DNA from: an uncultured Fibrobacteria bacterium
Lineage (GTDB): Bacteria > Fibrobacterota > Fibrobacteria > UBA11236
DNA length: 64,000 bases
NCBI GenBank assembly: GCA_963716395.1
Contig: OY970309.1
Coordinates: 512,001 to 576,000 of the forward strand
Reading direction: 5' to 3'
Both the position numbers and the translations under genes were made by a program. Within the stretch, counting starts at the first letter, position 1. Each line of letters begins with the position of its first letter. This document shows, piece after piece, positions 22,201-31,005 of the stretch. The notes under the pieces are model-generated. The model was given only the letters and a program-made list of their open reading frames with translations. It was not told the DNA's origin and searched no databases.

Positions 22201-22508
22201 CCCCACACCGTGTTTCCGGGCGCGTTGCGAAAATCGAAATTGTCGTTCCCGTATTGGGCCAAACCGGTGATGGTGTAAGTGTACCAGTTCGTCGTTCCTT
22301 CCTGGGTCATGGGCGTGGGGCCGTAGTTAACATCGAAAGACGGCACCGAAGGCGAGAACAAGATGAAGGGGTTATAGACGTGAACGATTTTCCCATTCAG
22401 GGCGTTGAGAGAATCTTGCGCAAAAACCGGGCGGCTTAATACGGCTGAAAATAAGGCCAGGCAAAAACCAACAGGCCAAAGTTTATCCACAATACTCAAA
22501 TTTCTCAT
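19263..22508 (-). CDS. Fibro-slime (PA14-like) domain surface protein
   Basis: The [48 protein letters not shown] signature; signal peptide; C-terminal YFTNLGAYV...[17 protein letters not shown] domain. Confidence 0.9.
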   Translation of the reverse strand: [1081 protein letters not shown]

Positions 22509-22829
22509 ACTTGCTTCCGGAATACAGGCGCCCCGAACCTGTATTCTCTTTGTGTCTTTCTTGCCGAGGTAAGTTCATGCCCGAAGGCGGCGTTTTTTCG
22601 CACACCCTGCCGCCCGGCCTACCGCCATAACCGGTCGGTAAGCGCATCGTTGCGGATTCTCGGTCGGCCTCCGTCTTCGACCTCCCCCGACCGCCTCGGG
22701 AGCCAGGCTCAGACTTCGCGCCAAAAACGAACGGCATGCGAAGCGTCCCGGCCGGAATGGCGCGAGTTTATATTTGCCACCCGAACTTCATCCGGCCTGG
22801 GCGGCCGATTCAATCAGGGGAAAAACATC

Positions 22830-24089
22830 ATGCCAGAGGCAGTCGCCATCCCGGCCAGCGGGAAAAAAGTCAATGTCAAGCGCGCGCTCGCAGCCGGGGA
22901 GGGCGTGCTGCGCCTGGCCCCATGCTGGGTGCCGCGCGTGTTCATGATTCCGGGCCGCCGCATCAAGCTCCATCCCGACGATGTCTACGCGCTCGGCGCC
23001 CATCGCGGCGGCATCTGCGAGCGCTGGTTCGCGTCGACCACCGAAGCGGGCAATGAGAATCGCGCCGACGACGAGGGCCTGTCTTACGTCGTTCACGAAG
23101 GCCAACGCATCACCTTGCTGGAGGCCGTCGCCGCCGAAGGCGTGAGTCTCATCGGCAAGAAGATGTGGGATAAGTACCAGCGCTGGCCGGTGTACTCCAA
23201 GTTTTTCGACAACCAGGGGCCTATCGCCCATCACATGCACCAAAGCCCCGAGCAGGCCAAGGCCGTGGGCCGCGAAGGCAAACCCGAGGGCTATTACTTT
23301 CCGCCGCAGTTGAATTCCATCGGGAATAACTTCCCGCATACTTACTTCGGGCTCGAACCCGGGGTGACCAAGGCCGACGTGCGCCGTTGCCTGGAAGACT
23401 GGAACAAGGGCGACAACGGGCTCCTCGATTTGGCCAAGGCCTATCGCCTCAAGCCCGGCACGGGCTGGCATGTGCCCGCGCGCATTCTACACGCGCCCGG
23501 TTCCTTCGTGACCTTCGAACCCCAATGGGGCAGCGACGTGTTCGCGTATTATCAGAGCATGGTGGAAGGGCGCGCCATCGACTGGGAATTGCTGGCCAAG
23601 GACTTTCCGCCCGAGCGCCGCTTCGACCTCGACTTTCTCGTCGACCAACTCGATTGGGAAGCGAATCTCGACACCCATTTCCGCGATCACCATTATCTCG
23701 AGCCCATTCCCGCGGCCGACTCGGCGGCGGAAGGCTGGGCGGACAAGTGGGTGGTGTACGGGAAGTTCGACGGCCAGGAGCTGTTCACGGCCAAGGAAAC
23801 CACTTTGATGCCCGGCGTAAAGACCACCATCAAAGATGGCGGCGCCTACGGCCTCATCTGCGTGCAGGGCGTGGGCCGGGCCAACAAGCTGTGGCTGCAA
23901 AGCCCGTCGATGATTCGCTTCGGCGAAATGACCGAAGACGAAGCCTTCGTGTCGCATGACGCCGCGGTGCAGGGAGTGGCCTTCGAGAACATCGGCACCG
24001 AGCCCTTGGTCATCCTGCGGTACTTCGGGCCCGATTCGTGTCCCGATGCGCCCAACACCGGCGCTTTCAAGACCCGTACACGGGGCTGA
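22830..24089 (+). CDS. Cytoplasmic cupin protein, phosphomannose-isomerase-like fold; substrate unknown
   Basis: ERWF, KFFD..GPIAHHMHQ, KPEGYYF and VPARILHAPG..TFEPQ..SD resemble type I PMI metal-binding motifs. ATG at 22830 has a purine-rich upstream region. Confidence 0.65.
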   Translation: MPEAVAIPASGKKVNVKRALAAGEGVLRLAPCWVPRVFMIPGRRIKLHPDDVYALGAHRGGICERWFASTTEAGNENRADDEGLSYVVHEGQRITLLEAVAAEGVSLIGKKMWDKYQRWPVYSKFFDNQGPIAHHMHQSPEQAKAVGREGKPEGYYFPPQLNSIGNNFPHTYFGLEPGVTKADVRRCLEDWNKGDNGLLDLAKAYRLKPGTGWHVPARILHAPGSFVTFEPQWGSDVFAYYQSMVEGRAIDWELLAKDFPPERRFDLDFLVDQLDWEANLDTHFRDHHYLEPIPAADSAAEGWADKWVVYGKFDGQELFTAKETTLMPGVKTTIKDGGAYGLICVQGVGRANKLWLQSPSMIRFGEMTEDEAFVSHDAAVQGVAFENIGTEPLVILRYFGPDSCPDAPNTGAFKTRTRG

Positions 24090-24137
24090 AAGGCCGGCCG
24101 CCCACGTACCGGATCGGAGTGCAAGTTAACCTTGCGG

Positions 24138-25646
24138 TTAAAACATGCGCAGGGTCGCCTGCAGCCCGAATTCCAATCCCGTGATATCTTCGCTGCGGGA
24201 GGTCGGAAGCACCGATTCTTTGCGGCCAGGAAAACTGAGCAAGCCGTCGAGGTTCAAGCGTTTTTCCAGGAATCCCGCCCCGAGGCCCACATGAAAACTG
24301 CTGTAGTCCACGGGATGACCCGGGTCCGGCGCGCTGAAGCCGCTGCGGCCGGAAGCCTGAGAGGTGAGTAGGAACGGATCGAATTGATAATCCTCGTAGC
24401 CGGGATCCGTGCCATCCTCCTGGCGATATGTCCATCCCACGCGCACGGCGAGGGTGATGCCGGAAGGGATGCGCAAAGCCTCGATTTGTTCCAGGTGATT
24501 TTCCACCCCGAGGGAGAAACGGGAATAGCTCCGATCCACCGTGGTGTCGGATTGGAAGGTATGACCGGCGGTTTCCCATTCCCACAGCAAATCCACCATT
24601 TCCCGGTATGCGAAAGTTCCGCCCAACCCGAAATCGTTAATATCATGCGTCCAGGCCATGCCGTCGATTTCCGCGCCTTTTTTGAAAGGATTTTGGTTGC
24701 CCTTAATGCCAACATAACCCTGGGCGTTTTCCGAGGCATGCGCAAAGCGCAGAGCCGGCTGAATGTGAAAATCATTCCATTGCCAGGTATACAGCCACTG
24801 GGTTTGCAAATCCCAGGTTCCCGTCCAGATGGTCGGATACACCACTCCGGGTTGATTGACTTGCCGGTATTCTCCGAATTGCCGATTTGTGCCGAACTCC
24901 AACACCACGTTGCCGGTCAGCGGCGTGCCGCGCAAGCTGTCGATGTCGGCCAAAAACCCAAAGCGCGGCAGGGTTAAAGTGGCCACGCGTTCCAGGGTAC
25001 CGTTCACGTTTTGCAAGCTGTCGAAGAGGCCGGAAAAACCTACGAACCCCCCCACTTCCACGTCGCGGATGGGGCGGCTGGCCACGTCGAGACGCAGCGA
25101 AGGCACACCCAATAAAACCCGGTGATCGCCGCCGGGATAATCCAGGCCGCCCAGCAGGGCGTGTCCGCCGAAGCCGATGCGGAACAGGCCCGAGGCCGGC
25201 CCCGCGGCCAGGTCGAAGCCGAAAAGCGATTTGCCTTCGTCCAGAGTGTCGCCCAATGGAGACTGATATGATTCCGACTGGCGTTGGTAATACAGAATGG
25301 CGGCAAAAACTCCCGGCTGAAAAAAACCGACTTCGGGGAGGTAATAATTCTGATTCCCGATTTGCAAAGAGTCTCCGCTTGAGGAACGGCTGGAATTCAG
25401 CAAACCCAGTCCGACGCTTACATGCTCGGTATGGGTATCCAATAGGCCAATGGGCGATCCGCCTTGATCATAGAGGTTGTAAAGACTTGGGTCGGAAAAG
25501 CGCATTTCTCCCAAGGCGATGTTGCGCAAGTCGGTGGCGCTGGAAGCGCCTTGGTTGGCCGGACCCGCATCGGGGTAAACCCCGGCAAACAGCGGAAGAG
25601 CGGCCAACGCATTCAGCAATGCAAGGCGGATGAATGGTTTTGACAT
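24138..25646 (-). CDS. Hypothetical outer-membrane beta-barrel protein
   Basis: Signal peptide MSKPFIRLALLNALAALPLFA; amphipathic Gly/aromatic strands; ends in GLEFGLQATLRMF. Confidence 0.65.
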   Translation of the reverse strand: MSKPFIRLALLNALAALPLFAGVYPDAGPANQGASSATDLRNIALGEMRFSDPSLYNLYDQGGSPIGLLDTHTEHVSVGLGLLNSSRSSSGDSLQIGNQNYYLPEVGFFQPGVFAAILYYQRQSESYQSPLGDTLDEGKSLFGFDLAAGPASGLFRIGFGGHALLGGLDYPGGDHRVLLGVPSLRLDVASRPIRDVEVGGFVGFSGLFDSLQNVNGTLERVATLTLPRFGFLADIDSLRGTPLTGNVVLEFGTNRQFGEYRQVNQPGVVYPTIWTGTWDLQTQWLYTWQWNDFHIQPALRFAHASENAQGYVGIKGNQNPFKKGAEIDGMAWTHDINDFGLGGTFAYREMVDLLWEWETAGHTFQSDTTVDRSYSRFSLGVENHLEQIEALRIPSGITLAVRVGWTYRQEDGTDPGYEDYQFDPFLLTSQASGRSGFSAPDPGHPVDYSSFHVGLGAGFLEKRLNLDGLLSFPGRKESVLPTSRSEDITGLEFGLQATLRMF

Positions 25647-25740
25647 GGGTTTGTTCCTGGTAGTGAGGATCCGGAGTGACGCCCGTTCGCGCCCCGCAGT
25701 TTCGAACATAACATTCCCTTCGCCGGTCCGGCCCCGCCGG

Positions 25741-27153
25741 TTAACGGCTTTCCGCCGTCGTGGAACTCTGTTTCACCCGTATCTCCGAAGTAACGGGCCG
25801 CGGCCCCACGGGCGCGCCTGCGGAAACCTTTTTCCCGTCCACCGAAAAAATTTGTTCCTCCGTGGCCGCGGGTAAACCGTTGCCCGGTAATTGCCGCGCG
25901 GATCGTTGGGAAAAGATGGGGTTGAGGACGGGAACGGGGGAAGTCAGGGCCCGGTAAATGACGTGCGCCAACGTATCCTGACCCTGGGCGTTGGGGTGCA
26001 CCCCGTCGGCGAAATCAGAGGACAGGCTTCGGCAGGGCGTGTTGAGATCGATCACCTGCAAGGCTTTAGCCGCGGCCACCTGCTTGATGTCGGGAAGGAT
26101 GTACTTGGTCAGGATGGAATCGACGATGCCGTAGCCGTTGGCGGAGATGGGGGGCGGCAGGCACAGCCAGATTTGCGGATGCGAAGAAATGCCCTGCAAG
26201 GTATCCACCATCGCCGTGAGATCCGCCACAAATTGCGACCCGTATTTCCAGTTTTGCGACTTGGTGTCGTTGGTGCCGAGCATGAGGGTGATGACGTTGG
26301 GCTGGAAGGCGAAGGTGTTTTTCAACAATCCCTGGGTCCAATACGGCATGTCGCCTTGCTTGAGCAAGGTGGTGCCGCTCACCCCGTCGTTTTGCGTCAG
26401 ATAACTTGGGCCGAAGAGCATGTTCAATTGCGAGGTGTAAGAATCGGCGCCTTGCGCCCCGGACACGGTACCGACATATTGGGTGATGCTGTTGCCGATG
26501 CAAGCCACGCGCGTCACCTGGGTGGAATAGCCGCGGTAAAAGGCCGCGGCCAGGGAATCGGAACCGGCCGCCGTGGGGTGGACGCCGTCGGAGGTCAGGT
26601 CGGATCGGCCCTGCAAAGAGGTGTTGACGTCTATCACCTTCAACCCTTTGGCCGCGGCCACCTGCTTGATGTCGGGAATGATGTACTTGGTCAGGATGGA
26701 ATCGGCTATGCCGTAGGAATTCGCAAAGATGGGGGGCGGCAGGCATAACCATATTTTGGGATGCGAGGAAATGCCCTGCAACGTATCGACCATCGCCGTC
26801 AGATCCGTCACGAATTGCGACCCGTATTTCCAGTTCTGCGACTTGGTATCGTTGGTACCGAGCATGATGGTGATCAGGCCGGGCTGGAAGGAGAAAACGT
26901 TATTCAACAGTCCCTGCGTCCAATAAGGCATGTCGCCTTGTTTGAGCAAGGTGGTGCCGCTCACCCCGTCGTTCTGCACCGAGAACTGCGGCCCGAGCAA
27001 GGTAGCGAGCCGGGGCGCATAGGCCAGGCTTACCTGCGGATAGCCGGCGGTGATGCTGTTTCCGATACACGCCCATTTGATGGGTTTCGCCACCTGGGCC
27101 GGGGAAACAACCGCTCCCGCCAACAAAAGCAAAACCATCTGTGAGAGTCGCAC
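25741..27153 (-). CDS. Secreted SGNH/GDSL esterase with two tandem catalytic domains
   Basis: Two copies of ACIGNSIT / NDGVSGTT / IMLGTND / DGVHP; signal peptide; tail containing IFSVDGKKV. Confidence 0.88.
   Translation of the reverse strand: MRLSQMVLLLLAGAVVSPAQVAKPIKWACIGNSITAGYPQVSLAYAPRLATLLGPQFSVQNDGVSGTTLLKQGDMPYWTQGLLNNVFSFQPGLITIMLGTNDTKSQNWKYGSQFVTDLTAMVDTLQGISSHPKIWLCLPPPIFANSYGIADSILTKYIIPDIKQVAAAKGLKVIDVNTSLQGRSDLTSDGVHPTAAGSDSLAAAFYRGYSTQVTRVACIGNSITQYVGTVSGAQGADSYTSQLNMLFGPSYLTQNDGVSGTTLLKQGDMPYWTQGLLKNTFAFQPNVITLMLGTNDTKSQNWKYGSQFVADLTAMVDTLQGISSHPQIWLCLPPPISANGYGIVDSILTKYILPDIKQVAAAKALQVIDLNTPCRSLSSDFADGVHPNAQGQDTLAHVIYRALTSPVPVLNPIFSQRSARQLPGNGLPAATEEQIFSVDGKKVSAGAPVGPRPVTSEIRVKQSSTTAESR
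25990..27075. repeat. Intragenic direct duplication with a 582-bp period (the two SGNH domains)
   Basis: GGCATGTCGCCTTG.TTGAGCAAGGTGGTGCCGCTCACCCCGTCGTT begins at both 26345 and 26927, and other long near-identical DNA blocks recur at the same offset. Boundaries are approximate. Confidence 0.9.
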
Positions 27154-27305
27154 GCTTTCCCCTTGTCTTCCCGTAGCTGCATCGGCCCTGTCGCCGGCTA
27201 AAAATAGCCGTTTTAACGCCGAACTTCCCGTCGCGCGGCCGAATTCCGGGACGCGGAATGATCCCCCGTCAACCGGATGGATCCTTCACGCGCCGGCAAA
27301 CTGCC

Positions 27306-28742
27306 TTATGGGTTGGAATCCTGCGGCGGGTTACCTGTGCCGATGCCGATCGGGGTTTTTCCCGGTACAACGAATACATCGGCTCCCGGGTTTCGGTGGG
27401 CGGTGAGAATGACCCGCTGCCCATTGAGCAGGTACAGCACATTTCCGAAGGGATTGGCGCCGAGCGGTTTGACCAGGGAATAGCCTTCTGCTTTCGGAAC
27501 GAGAATCATGGAAACGGTGCCGGCGGAGACCAAGGTGGTCACACTTTGCGCGTCCAGTGAGGTGGTGAAGGAATTGCTCGTGGCGGTAATGGCACCGTCG
27601 TCGCTGATGTTTTTGGAACTCGAGGTGGTGTACTTCTCCACGCTGGTCACCGTCGCGCCGGAATAGGTAAACGTTTGGCTTTTCGACGACGTCGCGTTGT
27701 TCACGGCCACGATGACGTTTTGCGCCCCCTTGAAGGCCACGACGTAGACGCCGGATTGCGGGTTGTAGGTGGCGCTGACGCGATAGAATCCCGGACGGAC
27801 CCATTTGGAAAATGAGGCCAGCACCCAACCGTACTTATTGGGAACACCGGCGGTCGAGATGATGCCGTTGCCGTTGGCGGTCATCCACCAGTACACATAG
27901 GCGTTAAAGTCGTTGTACATGCAATCCAGGATTTGCTTGGCCAGCACCATGATGCCGGCGGCGCTGTAATCGGTTGCATTCCATTCCGTCATCCACACAT
28001 GTTTGCCGAGGCTGATGGCTTTGGTATACACCTTCGGCTGCCCCCCGTACATATGCCCGCCGATATAGCTCACGTTCTTCGCCGCCGTGCTGTCGCCCAG
28101 CGTGGGATCGGAAAGCGCCCAGTTGAAACTCGCGGATTCCGGCATCATGATCGGCTTTCCGATCAGGGGAGCATAGGTTTTGCAGAAGTCCAGAAAATTC
28201 TGCGCGGTCCAGGAGCAGCCTTCATAATTGGCCTGCGCCGCATAATCGGGTTCGTTTTCCAAGGACATGATATCGATATTGGTGTTGCCCACATAGGTCC
28301 AGAAGGCTTTCATCCAGGCGGCAAAGCTGGCGAATTTGGCCGTATTGATGGAACCGTGTTCTTCGGGATGACCGGTGACCATATCGCCGTTATAGACTTT
28401 CAACGATTCGGGTGGCGACCAGGGCGTGGCGAATACCATGGCTCCGCGCGCTTTGGCAAACGTCGCATTGGACTTTTCATCGGCCCAAGTTGCCGTATTG
28501 GACGCGTCGGCATCATAGGCGATGCGGCAGCGAAGTATGGTCAGGCCGAGTTGATTGGCGCCGTTATTGAAAATGGCATCCATCAAAGAAGAGCTGAACG
28601 CGCCTTCCCAGGCGCTGCTGGCCCCGAAGCCGTCGATTTTTTGATCCGTACTATCAAAATTTACCGTAACGGCCTGGGCGAAGAGGATGGACGGTACGAA
28701 TAGAAATGCCGCGAGATTTCGCTTGGAAAATGCATTTGCCAT
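27306..28742 (-). CDS. Secreted GH30 xylanase-like glycoside hydrolase (second paralog)
   Basis: QKIDGFGAS, SLENEPDY, VWMTE, FSKWVRPGFYRV, LDAQSVTT; short tail containing YLLNGQRV. Confidence 0.9.
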   Translation of the reverse strand: MANAFSKRNLAAFLFVPSILFAQAVTVNFDSTDQKIDGFGASSAWEGAFSSSLMDAIFNNGANQLGLTILRCRIAYDADASNTATWADEKSNATFAKARGAMVFATPWSPPESLKVYNGDMVTGHPEEHGSINTAKFASFAAWMKAFWTYVGNTNIDIMSLENEPDYAAQANYEGCSWTAQNFLDFCKTYAPLIGKPIMMPESASFNWALSDPTLGDSTAAKNVSYIGGHMYGGQPKVYTKAISLGKHVWMTEWNATDYSAAGIMVLAKQILDCMYNDFNAYVYWWMTANGNGIISTAGVPNKYGWVLASFSKWVRPGFYRVSATYNPQSGVYVVAFKGAQNVIVAVNNATSSKSQTFTYSGATVTSVEKYTTSSSKNISDDGAITATSNSFTTSLDAQSVTTLVSAGTVSMILVPKAEGYSLVKPLGANPFGNVLYLLNGQRVILTAHRNPGADVFVVPGKTPIGIGTGNPPQDSNP

Positions 28743-29110
28743 GATCTCCCCCTTGAGTCTTCGGGCCTATTTACCGGCGCGCCCAAGACTCTTGTTTAAA
28801 CGAGTAAATAGACAGCCTCTCAATGTGTCGAAAGAACACTTTTAATCGCATACTCGAAACAGGCCCTCAATATCGGTCAATATAAAGGTGGAAGAAAAAA
28901 ATGCCCGCCGATTTTTTTTAGCCCGAAGGGCGACCCGATTTGCGGGAATGGAAGAAGCCCTATCCGAAACGTATCAGTCTCTCGTCATCGTCGGTTCTCA
29001 AGCGGAGGCGAAACCTTCATACAGGCCCACCGGCTTGGAAACCGGTACGGCCCCGATCGGAAAAGCGACGCCCCGGCCGTCAGATACGCCGCGCCAACAG
29101 CGCCTTCCCG

Positions 29111-30604
29111 TCAGAACTGCGAGAAGAATTTCCAGGACTCCGCAGGAATCCAGTTTGTGTTGCTGCCGGGATCGTTGTTGATGTTCGTATGCAGTCCATT
29201 GAAGGTGCAGGCCTTGACGGGATATCCCGTCTTGCACCCTTGGAAGTCATAGCAGAGATGGGGGCCAGTCGTCCAGGTCGGGATATTCGACGGAACCACG
29301 CAGCCGTTGTCCGCTCCGCGCCCTAAGGCAATATATTTCGAGCCCTGGGTGGTGCTGGTCCCATTGACCCATGGACAAGTCCCATCGCTCATACCGGTTG
29401 TTTGCATCCAGGCGATGGGATCATGAGGCAGGGGATTGGGCAGATAGATGTTGTAATTGGCCGGGGCGATGCCCACGGCGGCGCGAATCCGGCTCTGAAA
29501 CGTCGTCGAAAGCGAATAGGTCATCATGCCGCCGAAGCTGAACCCCGTTGCGAAAACACGCGTGGTATCGATGCACAGATTCCCTTCGACATAGTCCAAG
29601 AGGTCGGAGAAAAAGATTTGATCGACGGGCGTATTGGTAGACCACGTTCCCCCGGGATTATTCGATAGTGTGGCATCTCCCGGTAGAGCCTGAGGCGCTA
29701 GGAAAATGGCGGGATCTTTATCGGCGGTCGCCGAATCCTTGAGCCAATAGTAGTCCTGGCCGACGACATCTTGCGCCTTTGCGCCAATCCAGTGGGAACA
29801 GTAAAAGAATTTATAGGGATGGTTCATGTCATAGTTGGTGGGGATGTCGATGATATACGTCCGCGTTTGGTTGGAGCTCGTAATCTTATAGGCGCCGGAT
29901 TTCAGCGATCCCAGCGGTTTGCCGCAACCGGCACTCAGCACCGGAGGGTTGTGCGGGCCGCCCCATCGATCAGAGGAATCCAGGGTCACGTTGATCGTCG
30001 TGTCAAAGGAAGAAAGGGCGATGGCTTGGGTCGCGAACCCGGAAGCCGAGACCTTGAGCGTGTCGACGGTGGCCGCCACCTTGGCCAAGGTGGCACCGGC
30101 TGGGGTGAACTTTCCCGTGAAACCCGTGACGCCGGCATTGCCTTCGAAATTTGGGAGATAGCGAAAGGTTTGCACCTGCGATCCCACCGTCGCCTTGACG
30201 ACCACCATGTTTTCCGCCGGGAGTCTTCCCGCCAGGTTCAGGTCATAAATCCCCGGTGAAGCCTTGTCCAGGGCCTCCCTCTCCAGGAGATTCCCCTTCA
30301 CGTCGAAGGTCTCCACCTTGACCGCCGACGACTTGCTCACGGCCAATTCCAGTACGCCTTTCTCGAAGGTGATCGTCGCGGGCGTTGCTCCCGAATTGCC
30401 CCGCACGGCGGTATTGTTCTTGGACAGAGAATACATCCCATCGGAACCCGTTGTGTCTTTCAAGCCTTGCTGCACCAACTGAACCACGGCGCTAATAACC
30501 GGCTGCCCGGCTGAATTGGAAATCTTGCCGTGCACATTGATGGTTTGAGCGTGGAGGGTTGACCCGCAAACGGCTATAAACCCGAAAGCGACAATTTTTC
30601 TCAT
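29111..30604 (-). CDS. Secreted CE1/PHB-depolymerase-like esterase with an N-terminal carboxypeptidase-regulatory-like module that contains a CTD-like insert
   Basis: SAGCGK, NLCIDTTRVFATGFSFGG, FNGLH, WKFFSQF. N-terminus VHGKISNSAGQP..TTGSDGMYSL. Confidence 0.8.
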   Translation of the reverse strand: MRKIVAFGFIAVCGSTLHAQTINVHGKISNSAGQPVISAVVQLVQQGLKDTTGSDGMYSLSKNNTAVRGNSGATPATITFEKGVLELAVSKSSAVKVETFDVKGNLLEREALDKASPGIYDLNLAGRLPAENMVVVKATVGSQVQTFRYLPNFEGNAGVTGFTGKFTPAGATLAKVAATVDTLKVSASGFATQAIALSSFDTTINVTLDSSDRWGGPHNPPVLSAGCGKPLGSLKSGAYKITSSNQTRTYIIDIPTNYDMNHPYKFFYCSHWIGAKAQDVVGQDYYWLKDSATADKDPAIFLAPQALPGDATLSNNPGGTWSTNTPVDQIFFSDLLDYVEGNLCIDTTRVFATGFSFGGMMTYSLSTTFQSRIRAAVGIAPANYNIYLPNPLPHDPIAWMQTTGMSDGTCPWVNGTSTTQGSKYIALGRGADNGCVVPSNIPTWTTGPHLCYDFQGCKTGYPVKACTFNGLHTNINNDPGSNTNWIPAESWKFFSQF

Positions 30605-31005
30605 GGCGCACCTCAAAAAAATGTTTCTATCCGATTGACCGTTAATTTATGGAGCAATCACGGATTTCGCCTTCGGTTTTTTGACTAAAACGACATTTCC
30701 GGGATATCCGCCGCCTCAACACGGTTTCCATCGAATTCGGTGGCCAGCATTTCGATGTTTTAACGATTATTGGGGTGACCACCTGGAATGGAGCAAAAGA
30801 ACGATCGTCGTATCACCGGGTGCTTCCCTGTAGCGGCGTTGTTCTGCCGGTTCCACGGAATCGGTAGCCGGATAGCGCGCATTGCTTGAAATCCCAGCGG
30901 TAAAAAGTGAAACCAGCGGATAAATTTGCAGCAATGATCGGAGAAGATGGTTTGAAATCATGTAGGGCCGGATCCCGATTATCCTCTTCTTCCCCAAGAG
31001 ATTTT

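Noticed and set aside
30767-30997. 76-aa minus-strand ORF between the divergent esterases
   Set aside because: It has no recognisable motif or RBS and occupies the likely promoter region, so I cannot support it as a gene.
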